From NCBI GenBank assembly GCA_964270895.1, contig OZ185447.1: a stretch of 64,000 bases of DNA. The stretch is one strand, 5' to 3'. The notes beneath the pieces were generated by a model. That model saw only the letters and a list, made by a program, of their open reading frames with translations. It was not told the DNA's origin and searched no databases. The DNA comes from Podarcis filfolensis (taxonomy: Eukaryota). The position numbers and the translations under genes were made by a program. Position 1 is the first letter of the stretch. Each line of letters opens with the position of its first letter. Below are positions 43,971 through 63,279 of the stretch, one piece after another.

Positions 43971-46900
43971 GTATAGCAGAGATGGGACACATTATTGTGG
44001 CATAAGCTCACCTTGTTCTCCTGTTTTTGCTGCAAGAAGGCAACTACCCCTTGGGAAGTTGTTACAAACTCCTAAAGTAGCTCAGTGGCTCACAGAGCAA
44101 CCTTATGAACACTTATTTGGGACCAGAGCCCGTTGGAGCAGAGACACTGTCTTGGGTCAAAGACTGGGGGCCCCAGTGGCACGGCATGTATGTGTGTCAT
44201 CGGGAGGAGGCCTTGCCCAGTGCTACGCAGCTTCAATAGTGGTGGCACCTCCTCTCGTGTTCTTAAGAGGAACCTGCCTTTGATGCTACACCACACTCAG
44301 CTGGGCATATCAGTCTCCTCTACCCCCTCAATATTGGGGGGGGTGTCCTGAGCTGCCTGCTAATTAATATTGGGGGGCTAACACCCCCTAGAGTTGGCAT
44401 GCCTGCATTAAAGTCAACGGGACTTCCTTCTGAGCAGACAAAGAGAGCATTGCCCTGTGAGACGTTGAGTTATGAGCCAGGGAGTTCAAAGCACTGGTTT
44501 TAATATCACAAGAGAATAGTTTGAAGTCAGCCTACCTATTCCTTCGTAGCTGGAGCTCCAGAATGTTCCTGCAGGCTCAATTTAGTAATTTAGTCAACAG
44601 GAACTCTGGGCTCCTCCAGGTGACCTATTTATTATTGAGCACTCATCCTGATTTGCTTGCACAAAGCTTAGGCCGTGGCTACGTCCAGTCTTTGTGGAGC
44701 ATTTGTTCAGATCTGTTTACAGGGCTGTCATGATGCAACTGTGAACCTCCGTCCTGCATTCCTCCTGATTTTACACATCTTTCTCATTGGTGATTCACCC
44801 ACCCCACACATTTCAATGCATTTCCCCATCCTTTCCAAATTGCAAAAGGTCTGTTGTTGACTTATAATTGGATCTGTCTCACTGGGACAACAACAGGGTG
44901 CTTTAATCCACTTTGAATGCAAATGCAAATGCAAACCCGTCCCTCAAAAATCATGACCGTCCATTGGAACCTTCTGCGTTTTCCGGGATGTGTTTCCATC
45001 CCATCCCATCTTATATTCCATCTCTCTTTCATGATGAAACTGAAAGCAGCATGGATGTCTTTGCCTGGATAAATGCCTAAGCAGGCACTTACAAGATCCA
45101 GACCTCCTTAGCTTCAGCAAGATGCCTGCTGACCAAGCCTGGGGTTCAGATTTCAGGCAGGGGTGGGATTCAGCAGGGGCAGACTCTGGTCTTTCAAATT
45201 TCAGTGGCCACAATTCAGTGCCCTCCCACCTCTCACCTTCTGTGCTGCTCAAATCACTCCGCCATAGTTGTGATGCCCTGCACCGTCCACTAGGCTCAGC
45301 GCTCGGTGCGATGGAACAGCTCGCACTGTGCTAAATCTGCCTCTGGATTCTGTGCCTCCTGCAGAAAGACTGCAAAGTAAGCTCCACTCTGTCCAGAAGG
45401 AATGATTTCTTTGTAGACCTGTATAGGATCCTTGCTGTGCTGTGTGGTTTGAGAAGCCAGCCCTGCATTGAACCCAGCAATGTCATTAGCTTCGGCTCTG
45501 CTCACAGAACTTTCCCCCCAAGAATGGATCCCACCATAGAACGCTGCAGAAATTGTTCTTGAATTCCAAGAGCTTTCCTGGAACATTTTGAACCGTTAGC
45601 TTATTTGCAGCCATTTGGATGCCATCCTTCTGATCTGTTGCATACAGGCAGAAGGTCTAACCATTGATTTGTTTTATAATACGGATCTTGAGTATTCCTG
45701 CCACTTATTTTCCTTTCCCATCTCACATCTCACTAGGTGGTGGTAGGCCAGGGCTCAGCAGAAAGGCCTCAGACATGTTCTAACTCATTACTCCACTGGC
45801 TACCAGTTGTTTGGGGGGTTTGTTTGGCAGTCAGCCTGAAATGTTTGTCTCTGTGTTAATTTCTTTGAATAGAATGGCTGGCACAGCCATTGTGATGTAA
45901 TTATGGCACTCTCTCTGCCGTCTCCACTTGGATGAGTTCTGTGCAACTGTACAATATTGCCTTACTTGTAAAGTTATGGCGCAGTCTTAGTTGGGATGCT
46001 GAGACCTTGTTTGTGTCTGCCCTACTTGCTGCCCCCAGAGGGAAAATGTCACCAAAATAAGCCTTCAAAGCAGCCTGTCCATGAGTTCGACAAACTAACA
46101 GGCTGATTTTGTGATGTAGACTGAACATTCTGATTTGTGAACCTGCTCAGGGATTTCCTAAATAAAGGAGTTGCCAATGTGGTACCTGTTAGTGGCATGG
46201 CACCCTTGAGGTCTTTGCTTGGCTCCCACAAGGATGGATACCTTTTTCTCCTGTGAAAAATACATAGAGATGAAGGAGGAAGTGGCAAGAGTGGTTCTCT
46301 TTCCCACTTCCTGTGTCAGCTCTATGTGCTTTTCACGGTGGCTCGGATGAATTCTGCCAGATTCAACTTTTACACAGATCCCTTGGGAAAGTGAAGTGTG
46401 TTTCTGAGTACACACATGTGTATTTTCTGTCTCTTTGGGTGGAAGAATGGTAAGCAAGAAGTGACCAGAGTGGGTTGTGCCCATGGTACTTCAAAAAAAT
46501 AATGGCCCTAAAAACTGTTGGTGACCCCCTGGTCTAAATTAAGAGCAGAATATAAAAGAACCCCAGTAAAAACAAGTATGGTTCACTTACCTTTATCCTA
46601 TTTTGAAAAATCATCTTACAGAATTCATTGCCATGTGGTGGTGGTGATTCCTGGTTTAGGTGGCTGCAAAGCCCTGTTTGTCCACCAAAGCTAAATAGGC
46701 TCCCATATCCAAGGATAATATAACCTCCAAGGATTAGCCAAGCAGCTAGGGCAGGTTGTTGCCTTTGGGTTCTGCTTGTTTGCTTCCTGGAGGCATCTGC
46801 TTAGCCACAGCGGAAAAACAGGATGTTGGACGTGTTGTTTGAGTTCTGGCTGATGAACTGAAGACAACTGCAATTTATTACATCTGTATAAATGCACCTG

Positions 46901-48416
46901 TGAATAAATAATATTGCTGAAGGGGGAAGGATACATTCCTCACTGGCTGTGCTCATAAGGTCATAAGAAGGCCCACTTCAAAGGCCCATTGAGTCCAGCA
47001 TCCTGTTCTCACAGTGGCCAACCAGAGGTCTTTGGGAAGACCACCGGCAGGACCTGAGCAATTCTCCCTACTTGTGATTCTGAGCAAGCGGCATTTAGAG
47101 TCATACCACTTCCAGTGCTGGACATAGTACCCAGGCATCATGACTCATGTTGCACAGCCATTGCCATCTTAGAACACGAATCCCCTTCAATGGAGAAGCT
47201 GGCTTCCCCCTCCCCCAAGTTTGTGATAGATATTCCAATTAATGCAGTTGCATTTTTATTTGAAACAGGGTAGTTTTGATTGATCTAATCACCATCAACA
47301 ACAATAATTTTATTATTTGTACCCTGCCCATCTGACTGGGTTGACCCTACAAAACATTACAAACTTAGTAGTGTGAGGGAAAGATCATGAATTACTAGGC
47401 AATTGATAAATTGTTCTTCTTCAGTGGCACCCTACAATCTGCCTCCAGGAACAGGCTGGTGCACCCTGTCTCACAGTAGGGCCGGCCGTGTGAGACTGAC
47501 TGAGTCCAAAGATCTGTTGTGTAAAGAAGGTGAACCTTTGCTGGAACAACCACCAGCTCAGCAAGGAAATGCTCTTCTCTGTCTTACCCCCCCCCCAATC
47601 TATTCCATGACACTTCACAACGTGTAATGCGAGTAAGTGTGAGCCACCCACAAGGCAAGAGACTGAAACTGCTAATCTGGTAAGACATCTGCTCTTGAAG
47701 GGGGAAGAGGCAGAGAGGGGAAAATGAGTCTGGGCCTTTGCCATCCACTCTGGCTATTACGTTCCTTGCTGTTTACAACATTAAGAGCAAGGTCTTAATG
47801 CTTTGTTCCTCTGTTCGAAGACAGTGTTCCCAACTTCCTGGATGAGATGTTCAAAGTAGTGCTGTTGAGACAAGAGTCAGGAGCCAGGCTTCATAAACCA
47901 AATGGTCACAAAACAAGCATAGGCAACATTGATGATTAGGGGGTGGGGCGGGGCCTAATGATCCTCCAGAGGTTGTATGACTCAGGCTCCCATCAGCCCT
48001 ACTCATCATGGCCAACAGACAGGCTAACAACATCCAGATGACCGCTGGTTCTTCTCCATCCCTGCTGAAGATACCCAAATAATGTGCTGCTGCTGATACC
48101 TTCACACACAATGCGTGAAGCTGCAGCGGGTGAGATGGCAAGCTGTTCAGTGCTCAGAGCCTTAATGTTAATGTGCAGGAATTTACATGCACGTTCTCTG
48201 GAGATGAGATACACTCATTGACTTGCTTGGTGTTAATTGGGAAGGAGGTGGCTGAATCTCAAAGCATGACTGCTCTTGTGACTAGCCCTGGCAACAAATG
48301 GTAAAAGTCCTTACCACAAAAGGGGAGGTGGGGATTACAGAGACAGTATTTCAATAGGGGTCATGATTAGAAAATGGGAACTGTCCCTTGTAAATAGGGT
48401 TAGCTAAAGTGTTTGT

Positions 48417-48772
48417 GGGACGCGGGTGGCGCTGTGGGTTAAACCACAGAGCCTAGGACTTGCTGATCAGAAGGTCGGCGGTTCGAATCCCTGTGACGGG
48501 GTGAGCTCCCGTTCCTCGGTCCCTGCTCCTGCCAACCTAGCAGTTCGAAAGCACGTCAAAGTGCAAGTAGATAAATAGGTACCGCTCCGGTGGGAAGGTA
48601 AACGGGGTTTCCATGCGCTGCTCTGGTTCACCAGAAGCGGCTTAGTCATGCTGGCCACATGACCCGGAAGCTGTATGCCGGTTCCCTCGGCCAATAAAGC
48701 GAGATGAACGCCGCAACCCCAGACTCAGCCACGACTGGACCTAATGGTCAGGGGTCCCTTTACCTTTACCTT
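48417..48772 (+). mobile_element. Sauria-type SINE, full length, young
   Basis: GGGACGCGGGTGGCGCTG...GGTTCGAATCC...CCCTTTACCTTTACC; 12-bp TSD TAAAGTGTTTGT (48405-48416, 48773-48784). Confidence 0.9.
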
Positions 48773-50335
48773 TAAAGTGTTTGTACTGGAGCAGGCTAGG
48801 GATTGAAAGCGAGGGCCCTGTGGGTCAAGGGCTGCATGTAACCCACAGCCTAACTGCAGGAAAAACCTTCAGCCTCATTTTGTGTGCGAAGGGGACACTA
48901 GAAGGAGAGAAATAGAGAAGGAGGAGGGGATGGTGGAAGAAGGACTGGCAAGAGTGAAGTCTCTCATCTGTCAGCCCACTGGGCAGGGAGAAAGAAGGGT
49001 GTGAGAGAAAGGGGTGGTGGGAAAAAAGTGATAGAGAGAGAGAGAGAGAAGGGTTGACACAGAGAGAAGGGTGTCGGAGGGAGAGAAAGGAGCGGTACAC
49101 AGAGAAACCAAGAAGGCATGAGGAAGAGAGAGAAAAGCGGTGGCAGAGAGAGAGAGGAAGGAGGAGGAGCCTCGCCCACTTTTCCTTCTGGTCCTGCCAA
49201 CCTCTCCATGCAGGCATGTAGCCCCTCCCTGACCATTGCCCTCTCCCCCGAGGGAATACGGCTCTCAACAGGAAAGAACAAGGTTATTCATCGCTGCTGT
49301 AGACGCTGAGCCCTGCCCCCCCACAGAAAAAGGAGTTCCCTCCATAGCTACGCGAATCGCGAATCGCATCCTTTCCCCACCCCACTCAGAGTTTTATTGT
49401 TATGCCTGCCTTAAAAACAATGCTAACTCCAGCACTTAAACCAGGCGTGAAATAAGAGAAGGTGCTTTTGAGAGGGGGGAGAATTTAGTTTGTGAATCTG
49501 ATTCCCTCCCCTGCACACCCAAGTCAATCAGCTCAAGCGAGGAAGCGACTTCTCCTAGAAGGAAGGGGGGGCAGTTTTTCCCCACCCCCACCTTCAGTTC
49601 CTCCCTCCCAACAAGGCTCTTCCTTTCTGACAGCCTTGTGAAGTATGGATGAGCAAACTGGAGGACGGGGAGCGAAGCTGAAGCTGACAGGAAATCTGGG
49701 GACAAGTTGGAAACAGGCCCCCGGGTTGGGAAGGCGTCGCTGGAGCTTGGGGGAGAGGGGTGTCACTGCGCATTCGTCCAGGAAATGAGGGGGGGGAGGG
49801 AGGGAGAAAAAGAGGGTTGATCTCAGGACACACTGTTGCATAAACAGGAGTTCTGGAAATCTGAAAACACACGCACACAGACCGAGATCCCGCAATTAGT
49901 CAGCTTAATAGATAAATGTGGCAAATTAAGCAAATTAGATTCATTTTCTTTAATGTGCCTCATTTTATATCCTCTCCCTGCCGCCGCCACGTGAAAAGCA
50001 AGATGGGTGTGGGGAGAGCAGTGGGGCTGAAGGAGTGGAAGCGAGTTACAAGTGTTGACCAAATAACTTACAGTATGGGGGGGGGGCAGTATCACAAGCG
50101 GGGAGAAGGCTCTGTTGCACCCAGGGCCTGTTTTCAGGCCTCTCACAGGCATCTGGGTCTCTGGCCTGATCCAGTAAGTCTCTTCTTGTGTTAACATGGA
50201 CCCAAGAAATTTATTTGAAAGTCCTGCTGTCTGCTTGGGAAGGAAGTTCCTGTTGTTTGTGAGGAGAGGATGCAGTGGCGGAAGGAAACCACTCTGTACA
50301 TGCTCAGAGGTACATTCATTTCTCATATCATATTA

Positions 50336-50559
50336 CAGTGGTACCTCGGGTTACAGACGCTTCGGGTTACAGACGCTTCAGGTTACAGACTCTGCTAACC
50401 CAGAAATAGTATCTCGGGTTAAGAACTTTGCTTCAGGATGAGAACAGAAATCGTGCTCCAGTGGCGCAGCGGGAGCGGGAGGCCCATTAGCTAAAGTGGT
50501 ACCTCAGGTTAAGAACGGACCTCCAGAACAAATTAAGTTCTTAACCTGAGGTACCACTG
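50336..50559. mobile_element. Tigger-like MITE (opposite orientation to 583)
   Basis: CAGTGGTACCTCGGG...CCTGAGGTACCACTG. Confidence 0.85.
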
Positions 50560-50775
50560 TGTTTTATATGTTTCTCTTAAAAAGAAAAAGAAAAAGCAGA
50601 GGCCTGGCCACAGATAGGAGAGGTTGGTGCTACATGAGTATGCATATGGGGAAAAGATGGTGTTGTGGAACCAAGATCAGCAGGACCCACAAGAGATGTT
50701 TGTTTCTGCTTAGAGAACTGTTTGTCTAAGTGAACATCAGAGAACATCAGATTAACAGAGTTTCTAACCTAGGAC

Positions 50776-51278
50776 TAGAGCTGGGTGATATATTGATATA
50801 TCGTCCCAAACCGGTTTGAAATCCATATTGTGATATCAGTATCATAATTCTGAGCTGGCAATATATTGCAAATCATGGGGGGGGTGCGTGTGCGCGCTAT
50901 GCAGAAATCACAATGTGGGGGAAAACGTGAAGCCAGCCAGTGCATCTACAGTGGTACCTCAGGTTACAGACACTTCAGGTTACAGACTCCGCTAACCCAG
51001 AAATAGTGCTTCAGGTTAAGAACTTTGCTTCAGGATGAGAACAGAAATCGGGCTCCGGCGGCACGGCGGCAGCAGGAGGCCCCATTAACTAAAGTGGTGC
51101 TTCAGGTTAAGAACAGTTTCAGGTTAAGAACGGACCTCCAGAACGAATTAAGTACTTAACCCGAGGTACCACTGTACCTAGCTCCATGCTTAGTTCAGAC
51201 ATTGTGATATATCAGTATATTGTGATGTTTAGCTGGTGGTACATCAAGAAGTTGAAAACCAGATATCACCCAGCCCTA
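50776..51278. mobile_element. hAT-type MITE containing a Tigger-like MITE (50949-51174)
   Basis: TIRs TAGAGCTGGGTGATAT / ATATCACCCAGCCCTA; TSD CCTAGGAC / CCTAAGAC (7/8); inner element has TA flanks. Confidence 0.8.
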
Positions 51279-52687
51279 CCTAAGACCCATTTACCGCAGG
51301 TACTGTGATCCTTTGGGGGCAGAGCCCTGCCTCAGTGGTAGAGCATCTGCCTGGCATGCAGAAGGTTTGGGTTCAGCCCCCAGCATCTCCACATAGGGCT
51401 GGGAGAGGCTCCCTCCCTGAAATCCTGGACAGCTGCTGCCAGTCAGAGTTGACAGTACTGAACTGGGTGGATCAATAGTCTGACTCCATTTAAGACACCT
51501 TCCTGTGTAGCTGCAATGGCAGGATGCTTGGAGGGTGTTAGTTTGGGAACACAGAAGATGCAGGATGCAGTTTCTTAGCAGGTCTGGGTCTGTTCAGTGC
51601 CTGGATGAGAGATTCCCTGGAAGAACGTTTGCTTCAGTGTTGCCATGGAGGAAAGGTGAGGCCCAGACCTGCTTAGCTACAGCAAGGCAGCTGCATTGCT
51701 TGCCTCCAGACCATCCCCTGGTAAAGACATGAATCATCTCCTGCACTCAAGCATCCCTTTCTCTGCACAGCAGCTGCAAGGTGTTAAATCCTTGCTTCTG
51801 AAACAATGTCTGGAGGATTTGGGGTGTGGAGAAGCGCATAAGCTGTGCCAAGCCCATCTGTGAGCTATCAGAGGCGGGGAGGCAGAATGAGTGTGGCAGG
51901 TGGGTGACAGACTTCAGGGCCTGTCATGTGCGGCGGACACAGGAGGTGGAGATGGGAAGGGCAGGAGCAGAGAGCGCAGAGCTTTCGACTAATAATAAAT
52001 AGAACATCTGTCAGTCCATCGATTTCTTTGTGTCTTTCTGGCTCCACAGACGCCGTTTCCCTTCCGTTCAGTTTCTCCATCAAAACCGAAACAGTATTTA
52101 AAAGTAAAATTGTGCCTGATAGACTGTGAACATCACTGTTCATGGCAGTCAGAACAAGCCCACACAGTGTATTTAAATAACTGGATCCCTTTCACTTATA
52201 AAAATAAATAGTGTCATTTATGTAATAACATTTTAAAACCCTCTCTCTTCTTCTTCTTCTTTTTTTTTTAATCTATGGAGAGTTAAATGCAGCACCCATT
52301 TTCTTTTCCTTAAAAAAACCCCTAATATCCACCCCTCTCTATCAAACATGTGTATTGAACTGTAGTTAATTCTTCCTGCACACAGAAGCCCAGTTCAGAT
52401 GGAAGGATCTCAGTGAGTAAAATAAACCATGGTTTATTGGACCACAGATAACCATTGTGTTTGCATGGTCCCCTTCCCTGCTCTTTCCACCACATTTTTA
52501 TGCAATACGCCTGAGGTTTGCCAAGCCAGATACACATTATATCTGAAACAGGAGCTGCTTTAAGCCCTGCCTATAAGCCAGGATTGTACAGCATGGGTTG
52601 TATTCAGTTCTACTCAAAGTAGACTCCTAAGTTAATCAAGTTCATTAACTTCAAAGGATCTACTCTGAGTAGGACTAGCATTTAATG

Positions 52688-52736
<49 letters not shown>

Positions 52737-53620
52737 AATGGTGGAAAGCAGCATCCGCAATCAATACTAACAGCAGATCACCATTTATGTGGCTGAGCTG
52801 AAGTCTGAAATGCAGGCTTTCTTGTTCACAGCTTTCTCATAACCACTATAAGCACATATAGCTTCTGCACAATAACCACGCCAGTAAATTTTCCCATGAG
52901 TGGCTTTCAGAACAGCGCCCTTAAAACCCCCAATCAAAGAGTCAAATCACAGCTCTCTCCGTGCCACTTTCATGTTTTCCTTTCAGCCACATGCAGAATG
53001 GGGGAGGGAAGCTGATGTTGTTGTTTTTAAACCAGACCGCGAGTCTTGAGTTCAAATGCTGCCTCCAGGAGCAAGTTGGGCTTGAACCGTGCTCTTTTAT
53101 TCATTTATTCGGGTGGCGGCTGCTGCTTTCGAATCCCGAGGCCGTTCCGGCCTATTTGTCAGGAGATAAACGGGAGTGTCCAACCAAGAGAAACGGCCTG
53201 TCAGTCTGATGTGCGGAGAGACGGTGGCCAAGCGCTGGGGATGATAATCCAAGGCGGGCGCTCCCTCGGGCTCCCTCTCGTCCTCCGCACCCAGCTCTTT
53301 TCGGTCCTCCTTAATTATTTAGAGTGGAAATCATTACCACTCTAAAGGGATCTAGGGAGAAGGCCATTTTGAGTGGTTTGCACTGTGGAGGCGGGGCGGG
53401 AGGGCTAGTGAGTTAAAAGGGAGGAGAGTGGCTGGGAGCCAGACTCCGATCTCCCCTGGAAAGGCTAGGTAGTAAAAGCAGGGATTGGGGTGGGGGTGGG
53501 AGGGATGGCTGCACTCGGGACGCCTGGGTTCTCTAGATCGAGTGTCTTAAAAGGGGAGGAGGAGGGGCAGCTCTCTGCTAAGGCGATCAATAGCGCACTC
53601 GTCCATGCCCGCCGGGCGCT

Positions 53621-53641
53621 GCTGCTCTCCAAGGTCCTGAA
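53621..53641 (-). promoter_or_regulatory. RE1/NRSE (REST) motif
   Basis: Minus strand TTCAGGACCTTGGAGAGCAGC; both half-sites fit the RE1 matrix (AGGACC and GGAGAG variants); within a CpG-rich patch at about 53030-53870. Confidence 0.7.
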
Positions 53642-53786
53642 ATCCAGCGCTGCGTCCCTGCGTTACGTGCCTGCTTGCCTGCCTGATTACGAGGAAAGTC
53701 CCCGAGGGGCTGCCGCCCCCTCTCTCCCTCCCTTCTCGGCAAGCTGTTGCCTTTCTGTCCATCAAGCGTCAGGGGAGATGCCCCCA

Positions 53787-53909
53787 TCCAATCAGCGGCT
53801 TCCCTGTCGCGGGAGTCCGTGAGCCCCGGCAGCTGCGTCTTCCTTTTCCTCGCCAAACCCTCATTGAGGCAAGATGGCTCTCAGCAGAAGGGAGCATCTT
53901 TGTTTTTGA
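53787..53909 (+). other. SYT5: Candidate proximal promoter and non-coding first exon of SYT5 (CCAAT at 53787, donor TGA|GTGAGG at 53910)
   Basis: GC boxes near 53395, RE1, CCAATCAG and a donor; the acceptor at 56983 needs an upstream exon. Confidence 0.4.
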
Positions 53910-55344
53910 GTGAGGGGCGTGTGTGTGTGTGACAGAGAGGCTGAGAGAGAGGAGACTGGGAAAGAGAAGCAACACGCCCCCATTCTGCAATGTAGATACA
54001 CTACAGCCTTTTGCAAGAATGGGGGAAGCCAGATCTGGCTCTCCACACCTTCCAGTGTGGCCCTCGGGACTCTGAAGCCACACTCCTTAGCAGCCCTCGC
54101 TTGCACTCTCCTCGCGAGTGCTTTTGCCTGGCTGGGATGTGTCTTGATAGGATAAGGATTCACGCTTGCCTGGCAGGAGGATAGAGATGGGGGGGGGGTG
54201 CAGAAGCTAGCCAACTGTACAAATATATATATTTCATTTTGCCTCCCAGAATGCAACCCTCAGGCTAAGGTTTCCCAACATTGCCGTTCTGTTGGATGAG
54301 AGCGCAAGGATCCAGGCTCTTGCTTTCAAACAAAGTATTATTATTGTTGTTATCAAGATTTGTATACCACCCCTATATCCATAGATCTCAGGGTGGTTCA
54401 CAACATAAAACTGCAATATAAAAAACACAAAATATATAATGAAAACAAGAACAAAAACAAACCAATAACGTCAATTTCCACAATCTGCTGCACATAGTGC
54501 TGGCCACAGATGGCCTCTCAAATTGAAGGAAGAGAAATGGGGGGGGGGCGGCACAGACATTTTCAGTGATTTTTTTATAGGGAGAGGATAAATTATCCCA
54601 GTTTCTTCAGGATGGGGGCTCACAATTAGCCATGGCAGTATCACAGCTATTCTCCTCCCCCCTCTGCCCCACCCATGCCAAGAGTCTCCTTCTTCTTCTT
54701 TTTGCTGCTGCTGCAAGTGCTAACCATGTAGCCACCATTTTCCACCCTCCACAGTGCACTGGACATAGCAAAGCTCAGGGCATTGTGTGCTTGGGGATGG
54801 TAGCCACCCATCCACTCACCAAAAAACATTAATATAACAAAATAAATCATGGAGAATATTCAGAGAAAATTCTGCAGTACTTTGGCTTTCTTTTTCTAAG
54901 GCTCTGAGAAAGAGGAGAGATTATACCCCCAAAAAACGCATTCTGAGAAACTTTAGCTCAGAATGACCTAATGCATTTCACACCCACCCCCTGCCCAAAT
55001 ATATCACATCAAAACACAATTCTGCATAAGCAAACCTGGGGCAACTGATCCAGAAAACCAGAGAGCCAATGAGCGAAACCGTTTATGGTTTTATCCATGC
55101 GCTCATTTTACCTAGTCCCCCCCCCATCTCATCATTGTATTAATCCCCCAGATGTATTTGTAAATCATCCTCATTTCATCTCCTCTCGCCCTTCTCTTTC
55201 CTCTGCTAAAGGGAGCAAAGCAGTCCTTTTCAGTTTATCTCACAGTAAAGCTGGGGGTTTTCCTTTGTGTTTTGGCAAAGTTATAAAACAACAAAGAGTT
55301 TGGTAACACAGGGGTGGTAATTTTAGTTCTTCTGGAGCAAATCA

Positions 55345-55510
55345 GCACAGAGTCTTGTGATGCCTTAAAGATGAACATATTTATTAGGATGTAAGCTTTC
55401 ATTCACAGTGACAGCCTACTTCATCAGATGCAACTCTCGTTCATAAAAGCTTCTACTTGAATAAATGGGTCAGTCTTCCAGATGCTACAAGACTCTTTGC
55501 TGCAACAGAT
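55345..55510. mobile_element. Two head-to-head Penelope-like element ends; the minus copy retains a hammerhead core
   Basis: Minus copy GCATCTGATGAAGTAGGC...GAAAGCTTAC...AATAAAT...TAAGGCATCACAAGACTCT; plus copy AAAAGCTT...AATAAAT...GATGCTACAAGACTCT. Confidence 0.55.
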
Positions 55511-56991
55511 GAATGCAACTGCTCCCCTGGACACCATTACTAAAGTTATAGGCAGCAGGAGACTGGCTGAATTTACTTTCAAAATCACTGGGAAAAGCAG
55601 CAAATGAATGAACTAATTATGAATGGATGGAAATGGAAATGAATGAAAAATAAACAATAAAAATGAATAATGGATTATTATAACCTTGTACACCTCTAAG
55701 CTTATTCAAGAGAGAAGACAAATGCCTTGGATGGCTGCCTTGAAAGATCATTTGGAAGCTCTAGCTAGCTCAGAATACAGCAGCCAGCTTATTAACAGAG
55801 ACTTGTAGAGCCAACCACATCTTGCCAGAGCTTAAAGATCTGCGCTGGCTCCCAGTTTCTTTCCAGGATGCAAAAGAAATACTGAAACCAATTACAATAA
55901 ACACAATCAATAAAAACTTTTTAAAAAATTAAGCATAGGTCTTGCAGATCCTGCGCAACTAAAAGAGGCCACAAATACTTGAAAACCTTTCCAATTAAGG
56001 GCCAAAAGCCTGGATAAAACAGGCAAGTTTTTGCATGGTGCCTAAAATATATATATAAAAAGTGTTGACAGGCAAATCTCTCTGGGAATAGCATTCCACA
56101 AGTGGGGAGCCACCACTGAAAAGGCCAGTTCTTGCATTGCCAGCCTCCAGACCTTGTGTGAAGGTGGCACACAGAGAAGGGCCTTAGATGCCAACCAAAG
56201 GGTCATATATAGGACCTCACAATTTCTTACAGCAACCTTAGCTCTGTTTGGATGTTCTTCTCACAGTTATGGAGAACACATGAGCAACAAAAACAGGACT
56301 GTGCTGAGTGATTCTCCCACTTCAGCTTGCATCCATCTGTCTATCCATACAGTGCAAATGCCTGGAGCAATATGGGGAGCCTTTGTGTGTGCAGAACTCT
56401 GTGAGAAACCCTGGGGTTCCAGAACATGTGGCTTTCTGCACCCCAGGGGTGTGGTACCTTTTTAAGCTTGAGGCTTGATAATTACTTTGTCCTTCTCAGA
56501 TAATGATTCTTGTTTGACTACATGGAGGGCAAGGAAGGGTAAATGTGTATGTATGTGTAGAAACAAGCCCACTGTACAAAGGTGATGTTTCTTGCACTTT
56601 CTGCTTTTGCCTCTGGCTGTGCCCATCACTGGGCCTTGGGAGGTTGCCCAGAAGAGAACCTGGACCTCAGGCTGAAAAAGGTCATCCACCCCAATCTTAG
56701 GTGATGGCAGTGTGACCTATTAAGAGATGCATTGCAGAGCTCCAGAACTTGGACCTGTTTACAGCTAGGTATAAGGCATAAAGGGACAAGTCAAAGGCTT
56801 AATGGGAAAACAAAGAAAAGATCTGAAAATTCGGAGGAAGGGACGCTACCTTAAAGAATGGGGTCAATGGTGTTAAACTGTACAGGGTGGTTTTGTTGTT
56901 GTTGTTGTTTTTAACTGATTACACTTGCAGCAATCGTCAGTAGTTAACAAATTAGCCTTTTCTCCCTCTCTCTCGTCTTCCAGGTTCCACA

Positions 56992-63279
<6,288 letters not shown>

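Noticed and set aside
44917-44935. Tandem ATGCAAAT octamers as a POU enhancer
   Set aside because: Explained by a short (ATGCAA)3 repeat; no other support.
45296-45586. 96-aa minus ORF with protein-like composition (…KDPIQVYKEIIPSGQSGAYFAVFLQE…)
   Set aside because: I could not match it to any family and found no flanking exons; a BLASTP/HMMER search would settle it.
39248-46591. Perfect minus-strand donors at about 39252 and 46590 suggesting an antisense lncRNA
   Set aside because: Such 6-9-mers occur by chance at this density and no convincing acceptors pair with them.
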